A stretch of 64,000 nt of DNA from Lama glama (GCA_028534125.1 CM052816.1:61072001-61136000), one strand, 5' to 3'; positions 1 through 12,240 are shown, counted from the first letter of the stretch. Program-made: numbers and translations. The notes: generated by a model not told the origin, from the letters alone.

Positions 1-617
1 AGCATTTTAGGACTTTACAAAATGATTCATAAAGTAACCATTTATATACTTTTGTAAGAACCATGCCTTATGAGTCTGCTCACCCTCAACAAGAAAAACT
101 CTAACACAACAAAGATATTTAACTTCTGACTAAGCTGTTTCTTAATTAAGAACTTGACTATATGCAGTTCTGAGTAGAAAGTGGGAGTGCAAAGATATTT
201 TCAGGTCTTCTAACCAGCCATTAACTTTCCTATAACTCTCCCACGTCAAAATTACAATCTATGCCAAACATACTTTGTTTCAATTAATATCGGTGTTTTA
301 ATTTTTCTAAAGAGTTTATAGGTCTTATATTTGTTTAAGGTTATACATTAGAGAAGAAATTTGCTTCAATAAAATGCAGAGTTCATTTTCAATCTAATTG
401 AAGGAAAGGTTCAATTCTGAATTAGTGAAAATTCTCAAGGCTAATTTTATTAAGAACACAATGTACGTACATAGGTTAATTCCAACTAGGCTAATGTATC
501 AGCAAGTCTATTTCAATAAATAAGAATGACTGCTAATTAATGTTATCAATTCCTGTAAATAAATAATAGATTCTTGAGCTCAGCAGAAGACTACTAGAAT
601 ATTAGATTACTTCTAAC

Positions 618-853
618 CAGACCCAAGATCAGGTTGAAGTTAGTGAGGCAAATGCCTCAGGCACAAAATGCAAGAAGGCACCAAAAACACTGAGTAATCA
701 AATTAAATATTTTAATGCAATAACTTTCTTAAGAAAATCAAAATCACTGAAAAGTATTCCATTAATGAACAAAATGGCTAATTTTAAAATAAAGACAGAA
801 TCAGTATTACTTTTCTTTTGCCTCAGGCTCCAATGTGGCTATACAAGGCACTG
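618..853 (+). mobile_element. Non-autonomous hAT DNA transposon, ORSL-like
   Basis: gtgaggcaaatgcctcaggcacaaaa...agtaatcaa...aataaagacagaatcagtattac...ttttgcctcaggctccaa...ggcactg resembles the recalled consensus; CAG..CTG ends. Confidence 0.55.
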
Positions 854-1191
854 CTTCTAACTCTTCTAGTTCAAATTATAGGATGTTCTTAAAATGTCTG
901 ACAATATGATAAATACTTCCCTTGCAATTAAAAAAAAATCTGACTATTCTTACTCAATTACCATAAACGTTAAATTCTTTATATAAACTGTATGCTTATT
1001 CTCATTTCATCCTCATGTGTCTTTCTAAGACATGTACTATTATTATCCCTATTTTTCTACAACGAAATTGATTCTGTGCTCCTAAGTGCACATTATATAC
1101 TGCATTATATACTGCTTCTCAATATATAATGATATACTTGAACTGAGGTTCACGAAATAATTCAAATATCAATAGGTCTTAATCTGGGGAG

Positions 1192-1293
1192 TATTTATTT
1201 TATTTATTTATTTAAATGGCAGTACTGCGGACTGAACCCAGGACTTCATGCATGCTAGGCAAACACTCTGTAACAATGAGCTATACTCTCCCC
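1192..1293 (-). mobile_element. tRNA-derived SINE (camelid Vic-1-like)
   Basis: Reverse complement GGGGAGAGTATAGCTCA...GCATGCATGAAGTCCTGGGTTCAGT with A/B boxes and an (AAAT)n tail. Confidence 0.85.
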
Positions 1294-1349
1294 AATCAAC
1301 AGGACTTTACTACATACTTCTCCTCTAGGGTTTACAAAAAACAAACTTC

Positions 1350-1840
1350 TGATGGGATTCAAGCCCAAAACATGGCACCTTGGCATATGGAATATTCTCA
1401 AGTGAAGGAGTCTGAGGAAACAGCAGAAGCAGGAAGGGTCACTCTGACCTCCCATGCCCTTCTCCCCTGAAACAGGTCATAAAATCCTCATGTGAAATGT
1501 GCCCTCCCTATACCAGGAGGAATCTCTGAAGATGAAGGGACAAGAATCCTAACAAACAGGCCTTACTAAATTTCCCCCAGTTTACTACAATTACTTCATA
1601 CACTTTGATCCATCATACAGTACACAACTGTCCACTCTTCACAAAACATTGCATAAAAATACTCAGGTTTAACTGTTTCTTTGGTACTTCACTTACTTAC
1701 AAAGGCTTCCTGTGTCACCTAAAACTTGTATTAAATAAATGTATATACTTTTCTCCTGTTTATCTGTCTTTGTCCATTTAATTTTCAGACCCAAGTCAAG
1801 AACCCTAGCAAGGTGAAGGGAAAATTTTTCCTTCCTTACA
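1350..1840 (+). mobile_element. Solo ERV1 LTR, MER34/MER39-like
   Basis: TG...CA ends, AATAAA near 1735, characteristic gaagcaggaagggtcactctgacct and cccccagtttactac blocks, degenerate 4-bp TSD cttc/ctac. Confidence 0.75.
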
Positions 1841-1889
1841 CTACGATGTCAAAGATCAAATGTTTCTACCTAAAATTTTTCTGTCATGG

Positions 1890-2156
1890 CTATGTAATGC
1901 ACAGCATATAGACTATAGTTAATAACACTGTTTGGCATATTTGAAAGTTGCTAAGAGAGTAGATCTTGAAGTTCTTACCACAAGAAAAAGAATTTTTGTT
2001 ACTATGTATGGTGACAGATGTTAAACATACTGTGACACAGTTAGACATACTGTGAGGATCATTTTGCAATATATACAAATATTGAAACTTTATGTTGTAT
2101 ACCTGAAACTAATATAATGTAATATATCAATTATACCTCAATAAAAACAAAAAATT
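1890..2156 (+). mobile_element. L1 3' end (L1MA-like)
   Basis: ttgaaagttgctaagagagtagatcttgaagttctt...tatacctcaataaaaacaaaaaa. Confidence 0.85.
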
Positions 2157-2314
2157 ATTTTGTCAATAAAGTTTACTGAACATGCTTTATCTATTTTTAT
2201 ATGAAGCTGTGTTTTATTGATAAGAATAAGAAGTTTTAATGATCTAGTAAGAATTTAATCACTCAACGGGAATTTAGTTTATATTTGTGTTTATGACATA
2301 ATAAAAAATATTCT

Positions 2315-2490
2315 GGAGGAGAGTATAGATCAGTGGTAGAGTGCATGCCTAGCATGCATGAGGTCCTCGGTTCAATCCCCAGTACCTCTATCAATAAACA
2401 AACAAGCAAACAAATAAACCTAATTTCCTAACCCCACAACCAAGCAAAAAAAAAAAAAAAACCATAAAAAATTAAAATAAAATAATTTTT
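2315..2490 (+). mobile_element. tRNA-derived SINE (Vic-1-like)
   Basis: gagtatagatcagtggtagagtgcatgcctagcatgcatgaggtcctcggttcaatcccc followed by an A-rich tail. Confidence 0.9.
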
Positions 2491-2595
2491 TAAAGATTCC
2501 AAAAATGAATACATAATTTCTTGTTCAAGAGACTCTTTTACTTCAACTCATAATGAGTTAGGGGGTACTAAAGAAAAATGGGAAAGAACTCTATC

Positions 2596-2800
2596 TGCTC
2601 TGTCCAATATGGTAGCCACTAGATACAGTGGCATTTTAACCTTAAAATTCAAGTTAAACAAAATTTTAAATCTGGTTTCTCAGTCACACTAACCACATTT
2701 TCAATGGTCAAGAGCCACAGGTGGCTAGTGGCTACCATACTGAATAAGAAAAGATACAGAACATTTCTTTCACTGCAGAAAGTTCTAAGAAACAGCACTA
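2596..2800 (+). mobile_element. MER3-like hAT-Charlie MITE
   Basis: ctgtccaatatggtagccact...gtggctagtggctaccatactg...cactgcagaaagttct...acagcact. Confidence 0.8.
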
Positions 2801-3718
2801 GTACAATGTTTCAAACTATTATTCTGGTTCATATTATAACTACTGTCTGCTTATTTTTTATATGACAGTATCCAATAATTTGGAAGATATGACCTAAAAA
2901 CATCCATTTCCCAGAAATTACAATGAATTTGGGAGTATAATTCCTAGCTGAGAATAAAGGACATGAAATGTTATTATCACTTATATGTGATTTAAGAGTA
3001 TATTTAGTTTAGTATGTTTAAATCATCTGTGCATGGCACTTGATGGAAGGCAATTTACAGGGCAGAGTAACTGTTATCGAAGGTAAAACAACCTCCAAGA
3101 TTTTCCTGCAGAGTTAATCATAAATACATCAAGTTGCAGACAGACGGTCAGAAACTGCCAAATTTCTCAGAAGAGAATGAATTCAGAGGAAGATTATTAG
3201 ATGCTTAGCTCTAGGAAGTTGCAAAGAGTTTACATTTCAAATGAAAACAGCAAAACAAAACAAAAATCAAAAAACAAAGAAACTTCCTACGGGCAAAGGT
3301 GTGAAAAGAGCAACTTAGACCTCTGATTAAATTCTGTGGTCCTTGAGCCAATATAAAAATGAACCCCCATTTAGCAGACTAAAAACTACTGACTGATGAG
3401 AAATGAGGGCAGAGGAGGGAAGTTCCATATGAAAGAGAAACAAATGAATAACAAGACCCAAAGAGACCCTCCTTTACACAATACTACAAAGAAGGAAATC
3501 AAAGGGGGAGACACTGGCCTGATCTGAACAGGAAGTGATCAACCACAGGGACTACTTGTTAGAATTTTAGTGTTGTGATAAGAGCGAGCCATTTTATAAA
3601 CCAGGCTAAAAACAGTAGACATAAAAACATTCTGGTCAAATGGAGGAAGAGGAGCCAATCAAGAATAAAAGTACAATAAGCCGAACACTTTCTAACAAAA
3701 GAAATTAAAACTACTTAC

Positions 3719-3766
3719 CACTAAGTTGAATTTATCTCCCTGATGTTTCTTAATTGAGCCAACATT
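3719..3766 (-). other. ERBIN: ERBIN exon 2 (48 nt, non-coding 5'UTR)
   Basis: Minus strand: U-rich tract ...tttgtttgtttccatag|AATGTTGGCTCAATTAAGAAACATCAGGGAGATAAATTCAACTTAGTG|gtaagtag. Strong acceptor and donor, candidate branch point GTTAAT (A at 3799). Continues the recalled human ERBIN leader directly after exon 1. Confidence 0.9.
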
Positions 3767-3822
3767 CTATGGAAACAAACAAACAAAAAAACACCAAATT
3801 AACAATAAAAACAGATCTTTAA

Positions 3823-3960
3823 GGGGGGTAGGGTATAGCTCAGTGGTAGAGTGCGAGCTTAGCATTCACAAGGTCCTGGGTTCAATCTTCAGTATCTCCG
3901 TTAAATAAATAAACCATATCCCCTCCCTCAAAAGAACAAATTCCTTTAAAAAAAACAAAC
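3823..3960 (+). mobile_element. tRNA-derived SINE (Vic-1-like) with TSD
   Basis: gggtatagctcagtggtagag...gtcctgggttcaatc; TSD aaacagat(c/t)ttta at 3809-3821 and 3961-3973. Confidence 0.9.
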
Positions 3961-4287
3961 AAACAGATTTTTATCACTTTAAGAAACACCTCTTCTTATT
4001 TACCTCAAAATGTAAATTAAAATTTTCAGTAATTCAGCAGCATAAACTGATGCACACAAATTTACTAACTTTAAAATACGTGGCTACTTTCTTAATCAGT
4101 CACTTGATTTACTGTTCAGAATAAACTGGTAAATATTGAGAGCCCTCATCTGTATCCTACAACAGATACCTCTCTATCCACCATTAAAATCCCATTTATT
4201 TGCATTTACTAAGAAATAATAAAGTTTTCCTAAGCGAATAAATCCTACTCATCAATTATATTTAAATTTAGTCGTTTTTAACGGTTC

Positions 4288-4815
4288 TGTGTGGTTTATC
4301 AGATTCTGTTCCCCCTTTCTAGAATTCTTCTTTATTCAGGGTGTTAATGGACCCAACTAAATACCCACTTTGGAGCTTTCCAAAAAGGGTGGACAGGTGA
4401 TGGACAACACAGTTAATATCAATGACATATACTTAGAAGTCTGCTTTGGGGGTGGGATGGGGTTGGTTCTCGGAAAACATTTGCTTTCCTTATCCAGGGA
4501 CAGATGTGAACACTGTATATCTACTGTTGCGACAACCATCCTATGACCATGAGTTAACAAGCGTGAGGATTAAAAACCAACCAATAAGGGCTGACGGTGT
4601 AGAAAGACCGAACAACACACTGGGGGTCTCTAATAGCACTGCTGCGTAGCTGAACCAATGCTAACTACAAAAGTATCAGAACTTCTTGGTATATAAGAAA
4701 ACGAAATCTCCTATTTGCTTAAACCATTGCTAGGTTTTCTGGACCAGGAGAACAAAACAAAAGAAACTTTGGGCACAATGGTGTAACTAGCTGAAAGAAA
4801 TTCACTTAGGGTATT
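4288..4815 (+). mobile_element. MaLR LTR (old MLT1 subfamily)
   Basis: caaccatcctatgaccatgag...gtagaaagacc...tttgcttaaaccattgctaggttttct motifs. Confidence 0.6.
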
Positions 4816-6220
4816 TTTCAAAACTGCTGTAGATGACTGTAGCTTCTCTCTCAAGATTCTGATTTAGGAGTTTAGTCAGAAAACTCAAGACTATTTATCA
4901 TAAATAAAACGCTTATGTGATTCTTTTTTCTAACAGTTTCAGCCATAATCAATGCATAGTCAATATTTCACCTAGACTCAAATCACCATCTTTTCTCTTT
5001 CACCATTCTCTACTATTTTTTTGATATACTCCCGGTTGGGGAATTATTATAACAACTGAAAAGTGAAATTACTGCAAGAGTTGTTTAAAATGTAGTATGT
5101 TACACTTCCTTAATGATTATGAAGAGATCACAAGTTATACTTGGCTAGATTTAAGAGAAATCTTACGTCAGAACAATCTTAAAATCAGCTCAGAAGTTAA
5201 AACGCACAACAAAGGCTCCTTGGGCATGCCCATAGTTGTTAGATGGCATTTAGTAGTCGTGTGAGTTCATTTTAGTTTACTTATGGCTCCCACAGTATTT
5301 GCTACTCTGTATTTGGTATATTTGTGCTTAGTTCTGAGGCACTTCATGGATGTTATTAACCCATTACTGTTAAGTACATGAATAGGAAACAATGAAAATA
5401 GTTCTATGCAAAAGAATAGGAATAAAAGAAACCTATGTAATGAAAAAAAATGCTGTATAGGAGCATCTGATTCTGAAAGACAAAAATAACGGAATGTATA
5501 AAATGCGCAATGCCTACAACATATATAGCAAGAAATGAAGGAAGGAGGCCTGTGTAAAAAGCTAAATTTCATACTTCTAAGATCAATATCACTGTCTGAC
5601 CCCTACTAGCCTAATTACTAATTCAGGAGAAAGCTGAGAGTTTCTTCAGTCAAACTTTCATATCAAACCATGGTTAGCCTACACATGTCTAAACAATTCT
5701 TACTGTGGAGTAAAGTAGTAGAGTGAAGCACACTGAAGTTATAAAGGAGTTTCTACACTTGCAAAAATTTCCACTTTTATATTTTTACATTTTTTACATA
5801 ATAGCTTATAATTTTTACATAATAGATCCTTATAATTTTGCAAAATGCATACATCCATACAAACAATAGCAATCAAGATACACAGTCCTTCTAACACCTC
5901 AGAAAGTTCCCATGCACTACTTTCCCGTCAACACCCTGACCAAGGCAACCTGTCCTGAGTAAGAGTGCTGACACTTGGGTACAAGGGTTATGAGAATGCA
6001 GGCTTTGGTTCCTGGGGGTAAATACAGGGGAGTGAAACTGCTAGATGCTAGTCTATATGTGTGTTTAATTTTATTTAAAAGCAAGATAAACAAGTAGTTT
6101 TACAAAGTGGTTTTACCATGTAACACTCCCAGAGTTTCAATTACATCCTCACCAACACCTGATGTTCTCAGTATTTCTTAATTTTCACATAGGTAGTAGA
6201 TGCACATTAGTGTCTTAGTA

Positions 6221-6795
6221 TTTATTTTTATTTAAAAATAGTTGATTTACAATGTTGTGTTAGTTTCTGGTGTATAGCATAGTGATTCAGTTATATATAT
6301 ATTACATATATAATATATATATTTCTTCTCATATTCTTTTTCATTATAGGCTATTATAAGGTACTAAATACAGTTCCCTGTGCTATACAGTAGGACCTTG
6401 TTGTTTACCTTATATATAGTAGTTAGCATCTGCAAATCCCAAACTCCTAATTCATCCCTTCCCACCCCTTTTCCCCTCTGGTAACCATAAGTTTGTTTTC
6501 TATGTCTTAGTCTGCTTCTGTTTTGTAAATAAGTTCATTTGCCTCATTTTTTTAGATTCCACATGTAAGTGATACTATACGGTATTTTTCTTTCTCTATC
6601 TGATTTACTTCACTCAGTATGACAATCTCCAGCTCCATCCATGTTACTGCAAAATGGCATTATTTTAATCTTTTTATGTCTGAGTAGTATTCCACTGTAT
6701 ATAAGCACCACAACTTCTTTATCTAATCATCTGCCAATGGGCATTAAGGTTGCTTCTGTGTCTTGGCTGCTGTAAATAGTGCTGCCATGATCACT
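6221..6795 (-). mobile_element. L1 3' end (lineage-specific) inserted in an older L1 (~5800-6830)
   Basis: tttacaatgttgtgttagtttctggtgtatagcatagtgattc...ccctgtgctatacagtaggaccttgttg...gtagtattccactg. Confidence 0.88.
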
Positions 6796-6992
6796 GTCAT
6801 CCTGCTTTTGTTTTGCACTTCTCTAGTTACAAAATGGCACAGCAGAGCCTCATCTGTACTTGGATCTCATTTAAGTGATAAGATACTGGTCTTATGTCTG
6901 ACAGACACTCTAGTGGGATGAGACTTTTGGAGAAAAGAGTGATCAAATTTTGTATATGAGAGGAAAGTAAATTACTGTGCAAGAGGATAGAC

Positions 6993-7478
6993 TGTATTAG
7001 AAAATAATTTTTCATGAATATCTCGCATTTCTGCATGGTCTGGGTCCTCTGAGAAACGACATTTATAGCCAACTTGTTTAAATAAAAAGATATTCCAGAT
7101 ACTAACACTAAGCAACACTGAGACAGTTTCATATACTCTCTCCAGAGAAGATCTGTTTAAATTCCAGAGTAAAAACAAGGTTTCTGTCTCTCACTCTCCC
7201 GAGGAAATAGAAGACAGGTCACCAGTGGTCCTATGTGAGATCAGAGTTTCCAAATTTGGGTTTCCTCTTCTGTAATGCACACCACTACTTGTGTAGGTAC
7301 CATCTGACTCTCAGTTTGAAGACTGAGGCTCAGGTAACTGACACAAGATACTGCCCTGGTTGCTGCTTTTGTACTGAGTAACAAATTGTCTCTGATCTGG
7401 AGGTTTTGTGTCTTCCGACAGGTTAACATGTTAGCTTGTAAGTGGGGTAAAATCTCAGCACCTTTACTGTTTCTGATT
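6993..7478 (+). mobile_element. ERV1 LTR, MER67/MER90-group-like
   Basis: TG start; 3' block tgtctctgatctggagg...caggttaacatgttagcttgtaagtggggtaaaatctcag is typical of this LTR group. Confidence 0.6.
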
Positions 7479-7499
7479 TAACCACTGTAAATTAAGAAA

Positions 7500-7770
7500 C
7501 ATGGCCACAACGTTTTCTTATACCATCTAAAATCAAGAGATCGAATCTATTTTCCCACTCCTTGAACTTGGGCTTACCTTTGTGACTTGCTTATACCAAC
7601 TCAATGTGGCAAGTTTGATGGCAAGTAACAGCGCCTATGACTCAAGAAAACTTACAACTTCTGCCTTGCCTTTCTTTGAATGCAGCCCTGAGGACATGAC
7701 ACCATAAAGATGCCACACGTTGATTCACAAATTCAAGAGCAATAGAAACTGCTGTAGTTTTAAGCCATCA
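7500..7770 (+). mobile_element. MaLR LTR fragment (MLT1)
   Basis: gaatctattttcccactccttgaacttggg...tgtgacttgc...gctgtagttttaagcca. Confidence 0.6.
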
Positions 7771-7774
7771 ATCC

Positions 7775-9600
7775 TAAGTTTATCAATTGTATTGATTTTT
7801 TCAAAGAGAAAACTACCATTTGCTTATTTACTTGAGGTATATTTTACATTTCATTGATTTCAATTTTCTCTATGTTTTCTGCCTTTTATTTATTTTGAAT
7901 TTAACTGCTCTCTTTTTCTGACTCTTAGGGTGAAGCTTAGTAAATAATTGATTCTAATACTTTATTATTCCAGATTTAAAGCTATAAATTCTGAGATGCA
8001 TTTAAGATTTGATATGTGTCTTTTTGTTGAATGTGTTTAAAATGCTTTCTAATTTCCCATTTAATTTATTCTTTTACCCATGAGTCATTCAGAATAATTT
8101 TAATTTCAAAACATTCAGAGATCTACTAAACCTCATTTTGTTACTGATTCCTAATTTAACTCCAACGTAGTCAGAAAAAGTAATATTATGATTTCAAGTC
8201 TTTCTAGCTTGTTGAAGATTTGACAGTCTCACATAAGAGCTACCTTGGTGAGTGTTTCGTGTACATTTAAGTGTCATATTCTGCATCTCTTGGGTGTACT
8301 CTTCAAACTATGTCAAGTTAAATTGATTGATAGTGGTGTTCAGGTCTTCTGTCCCTTACTAATTTACAGCATTCTTTTCCTACTAATTACTGAAAAGTAC
8401 TGAAATCTCTAACCATAAATGTAAAGATATCTATTTCTCCTTTTATTTCTGTCAATTTTTGTTTCATGTATTTTGAATCTGTTATAAAGTGAATATACAC
8501 TTAGGGTTCTTCTTGATGAATGGATCCTTTAATTGTTATAAAATGTTCTTATTCTCTAATAATCCTTCTCTTTAAATATATTTTGCCTGATACCACTATA
8601 GCCATAGGAGCTTCTTTTGGTAAGTATGGTATGGGAATACTTACCAAAAGAAGTAATAGATGGGAACAGATATAACAGATCTGTTCCCATCTATCACTTT
8701 AAACCAAATTTATCTTTAAAGTGTCTATTTGTATGAAACATAGTTGGGTCTTACTATTTTATCCAATCTGACAATTTCTACATTTTGAGGGCAGGCTTAG
8801 ACCCCTTACATTTAATATAATTACTGGTGAGACTTAAGTCTATTATATTGCTATCTATTTATTTGTTCTTTGTTCCTTCTTTCCTGCCTTCAAATAGTTT
8901 TTTTCCCTCCTATGTTATATTATTTTATGGCGTTTAAAATATATATATATATATATACATAGATAGATAGATATAAATTGTCCTAGGAATGTAGAGTATA
9001 TATTCTTAATTCATCATAGTCCTCCTTCAAACAATATTATACTAATTATACTATATAATATTACATACGATCTAGCAAATGTATAACTTACTTATGTTTA
9101 CGCTGTCCTATATTTCATGCTATCGTCATAAATTTTACTTCTACATATTATAAATCCCACAATATTTTTTTGCTTTATACTATTCAACTGTCATTTATAT
9201 ATATTTAACAATGAGAAAACAGACTTTTATGTTTATTCACATATTTACCATTTCTTGAAGTCTATTTCTTACTACAGATTCGCTATTAAGCCCATTTGAA
9301 CACTTTTTAAGATACTGTATTTTTCAGTTCAGAATCTGCATTTGTTTTTCTGCAAAGTTGCCATTATTACTCTTCTGAAATACTCAATCCCTCACATATT
9401 ATCCTGTAAATTGCTTTAAAATCACTATCTCTTAACTCTAATAACTAGGTCATCTATAAGTCTGCTTTTGTTAACTGTTTTCTCTTAATTATACAATCAT
9501 ATTTTCCTATTTCTTTGCATGTTTCATAGTTTTTCATAGTATTTTAGGTGCTTTTTTGTAAAATGACAGCTGAGAATTGAGTGTAATATTGTTAGGTTTT
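7775..9600 (-). mobile_element. Old L1 internal region (ORF2/ORF1 remnant)
   Basis: T-rich degenerate L1 motifs, e.g. ttgattgatagtggtgttcaggtcttct, ttgatgaatggatcctttaattgttataaaatg, tttatccaatctgacaat. Confidence 0.7.
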
Positions 9601-11299
9601 ACTTATTTCCCAGAGAGTCTACACTCTTCTCTCAGCTAGCATGAGTGACTGGTAACTCGGATTCCTAGTAGAGTCAATTTTAGCTGGGGACTGGCTGCAG
9701 CTTTAGAGTGAATTCCTCTTTGATCAACTCAGCTCCCATCTTCCCATCCTCAACCACAGCCATATCTTTTTGATCTTGTCAAAATGTGAGATAGGAAGAA
9801 TTGTGTTACAGTTCCAGATATTTTTGGTTTGGTTTACCTTTAGATTCAACTTCAGCAAGGTCCCATAATTTGAACCATTAGAATTTGCAGGACTATACAT
9901 TTCTCTAGGTTTTTCAACTCCTCCTCTACTGCTCTTTATGGCAAAGTTCAACGTGGATAAAATTGTCAGGCTTAATGATTTCATTCTTCCTTTGCGGTTC
10001 TGTCAGATTCCCATCCCTTCCCCACAGTCCACGCTGTCATTTGAAGACTGAATGATTTATCTTCATCCTTTCCGTCTTTCTATTTATAGCAAGTCCTGCT
10101 TCTCCATCCTATACTGAAACCACACAGGGAAACTGCCACACTCTTGGCTCAACTATGAGACGTTCATGTATCTCTGGAAATCAGTTCACTTAGGATTCCT
10201 TGATTCCACTGATTTTTTGCTAACTTTTTTTTTAATGTGATTTTTATCTTTTACAGGTTTTTCTTATTTTGAACAGGTCTCCTATATGCTAACTAGAAAT
10301 ATCAGGAGATTTCCAGTGTCGATGAAAAGGTTGTTTATAGAAAAGATAATCCCATGGAAGATAACCAGTCTGACTCATCCCTCTATGAAGAAAATTTGGT
10401 CAAGGTAGACAAAAAAAATCTTGACAGTTCTCCATCTTAGTTTAGGAGGAGTGACAATTTATGGAACAAAAAGCGGGCCTAATTATTTTTACAGAGAAAA
10501 ACCATGCCACAATTAGAAATAAGTCTACAAATGCAAACAATATAGAACTAGTTTACTTAACTCTATCTAGTCCTAGATAGAACTGGTTTACTTAACTCTG
10601 AAGGCCTAACATTAGATCATTCTATAATCAGAGGGAAGAAGCAGAGGGAGAATGAGGAAGGAAAACAGCTCAATATGGCACACAACCAATCTTAGGGAAG
10701 GTGAAATTGTGCCAAAAAGGAATACTGAAAGTCTATGAGTAAATTTCAACTTTTTCTAACACATAGTTGGTTCTGTTATTTTCAACAAAGGTCAGTAAAA
10801 GCTGTGCCAAGAGACATTTGTGGCAATATGTATCACAACGTATATTCACAATGATGGTGCTTAATATGGTAGGGAAATTAAATCTTGGTATTATTTCAAA
10901 CCTAGAAACACGTTCTCATACAGTGTTGACTGGATTGGAAACTATTCCCATAACACAGTTCCATGGCAGGATGAACCTTCTTATGTGTATTCCCTTATTT
11001 CTCTTTACTTCCGAGTATTCATCTCTGCGCCAGAGTAACTCCCAATCTTCCTAGTTTCTGCTAATATTTGTAACAACTTCTTTTCCTCCTTGAACTCATT
11101 ACACATGATCTGGGGGAACCTTGATGGGAACAGAAGAAGATGGTCAAGAAACCAAAGAGAATCTTAGTTTTCCTCTAAAATAGTCTAAGGAACAACTGAT
11201 TTTGACCATATGCAGCATGCCAAACCAAGCAGGTGTATTTTTCCTCCTATCTTAAAAAGGACCTCTCCTGAAGATACCTCTCCAGGTAACAATCTCTGC

Positions 11300-11745
11300 A
11301 AGATTCCAAACAAGTTGTCTATATACATTGTCTTAGGTTATTTCATTAATTGTTCTCAAACCCACTCTAGTCACACTTTTGTCCCCACCACTTCAATGGA
11401 AACTATTCTTCCTAGGTCATTAATGGCCTACATTATTACCAAATCCAACAGACAACTGTAAGTTCACATCGCACTTGACTTACCAGTAGCATCACTCACC
11501 ACTATTTTATCCATTTTCTTCACTTAGCTTCCAGGACACGACATCCGCCTAATTTTGTCCCTACAGTACTGGTCACATGTCAGCCTCCTTTGCCATTTGT
11601 TCCAGTTTATGCCACCTCAACAGACCATAGTGACAGAAAACACAGACGCTGGCCCTCTTCTCTATCTACACTCAAACCCTTGGTGATCACCAGTTTCAAG
11701 TCTTGAAATATTATCAATTCTGTAAATACTAAGTACTCTAATGTC
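11300..11745 (+). mobile_element. L2 fragment
   Basis: ggaaactattcttcctaggtcattaatggcc...ccaaatccaa...cacttagcttccaggacac. Confidence 0.7.
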
Positions 11746-11747
11746 AC

Positions 11748-12240
11748 CTACCTTAGTTTGAGTTACCCTAAAAACAAAGGCTGAAGTAAGGACTTGTGTG
11801 CAGGTAGGAATGACCTGAGGGAGCAGGAAGATTTTGAAATATGAAGGAAAGGTCAATATAAGTCATCCCTAAGGAAAACAGGGGACTCATTCTACTCAAA
11901 CTCCCTGAGAAGCACACAAGACTCCCTGAGAAGCATACAAGAGGTCTCAGAATTATCTGTCTATAGTATAAGAGGCAAGCTGTCATCCATCTGCTCAGGT
12001 CTCCCACTGATTAAGGACTGCCTCTATGGACATTAGCTTTTCCTCACTACCAGCCCATGCTTGCTTTCTGGTCTAGATGGCCTCCCACAGCAAAGAAATC
12101 ACTGGGGCTCACTTCCACTAAGAAGGTCAGCCTGAGGTGACTCTGAGCTCTCATGGTACTGTTTCTTTTAACCAAGGGTTAAAATTAGAAGTAAGCCAAG
12201 ATGTTGTGATGCTAGACACCAGAATGACCTGCTGCACTGA
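11748..12240 (-). mobile_element. ERVL LTR (LTR16-like) inserted in L2; internal 21-bp tandem duplication at 11900-11941
   Basis: cttagtttgagttaccctaaaaacaaaggctgaagtaaggacttgtgtgcaggtag resembles the reverse strand of an LTR16 end; actccctgagaagca(c/t)acaag occurs twice. Confidence 0.5.

Larger units (their letters stand above)
1..3718 (-). other. ERBIN: ERBIN intron 2 (partial; ATG-containing exon expected left of the window)
   Basis: Starts at the GTAAGT donor (3718-3713). I did not find the ERBIN N-terminal coding sequence (recalled as MTTKRSLFVRLVPCRC) in 1-3718. Confidence 0.75.

Noticed and set aside
2315..2390. tRNA-like sequences (also 3823, 14560, 23600, 41980, 42936, 54477, 62180, 62370)
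   Set aside because: These are SINE heads with A-rich tails and TSDs, not tRNA genes.
8611..8694. Possible pre-miRNA
   Set aside because: The stems (16-17 bp) are too short for a canonical Drosha substrate and lie in L1 sequence; treated as a repair scar instead.
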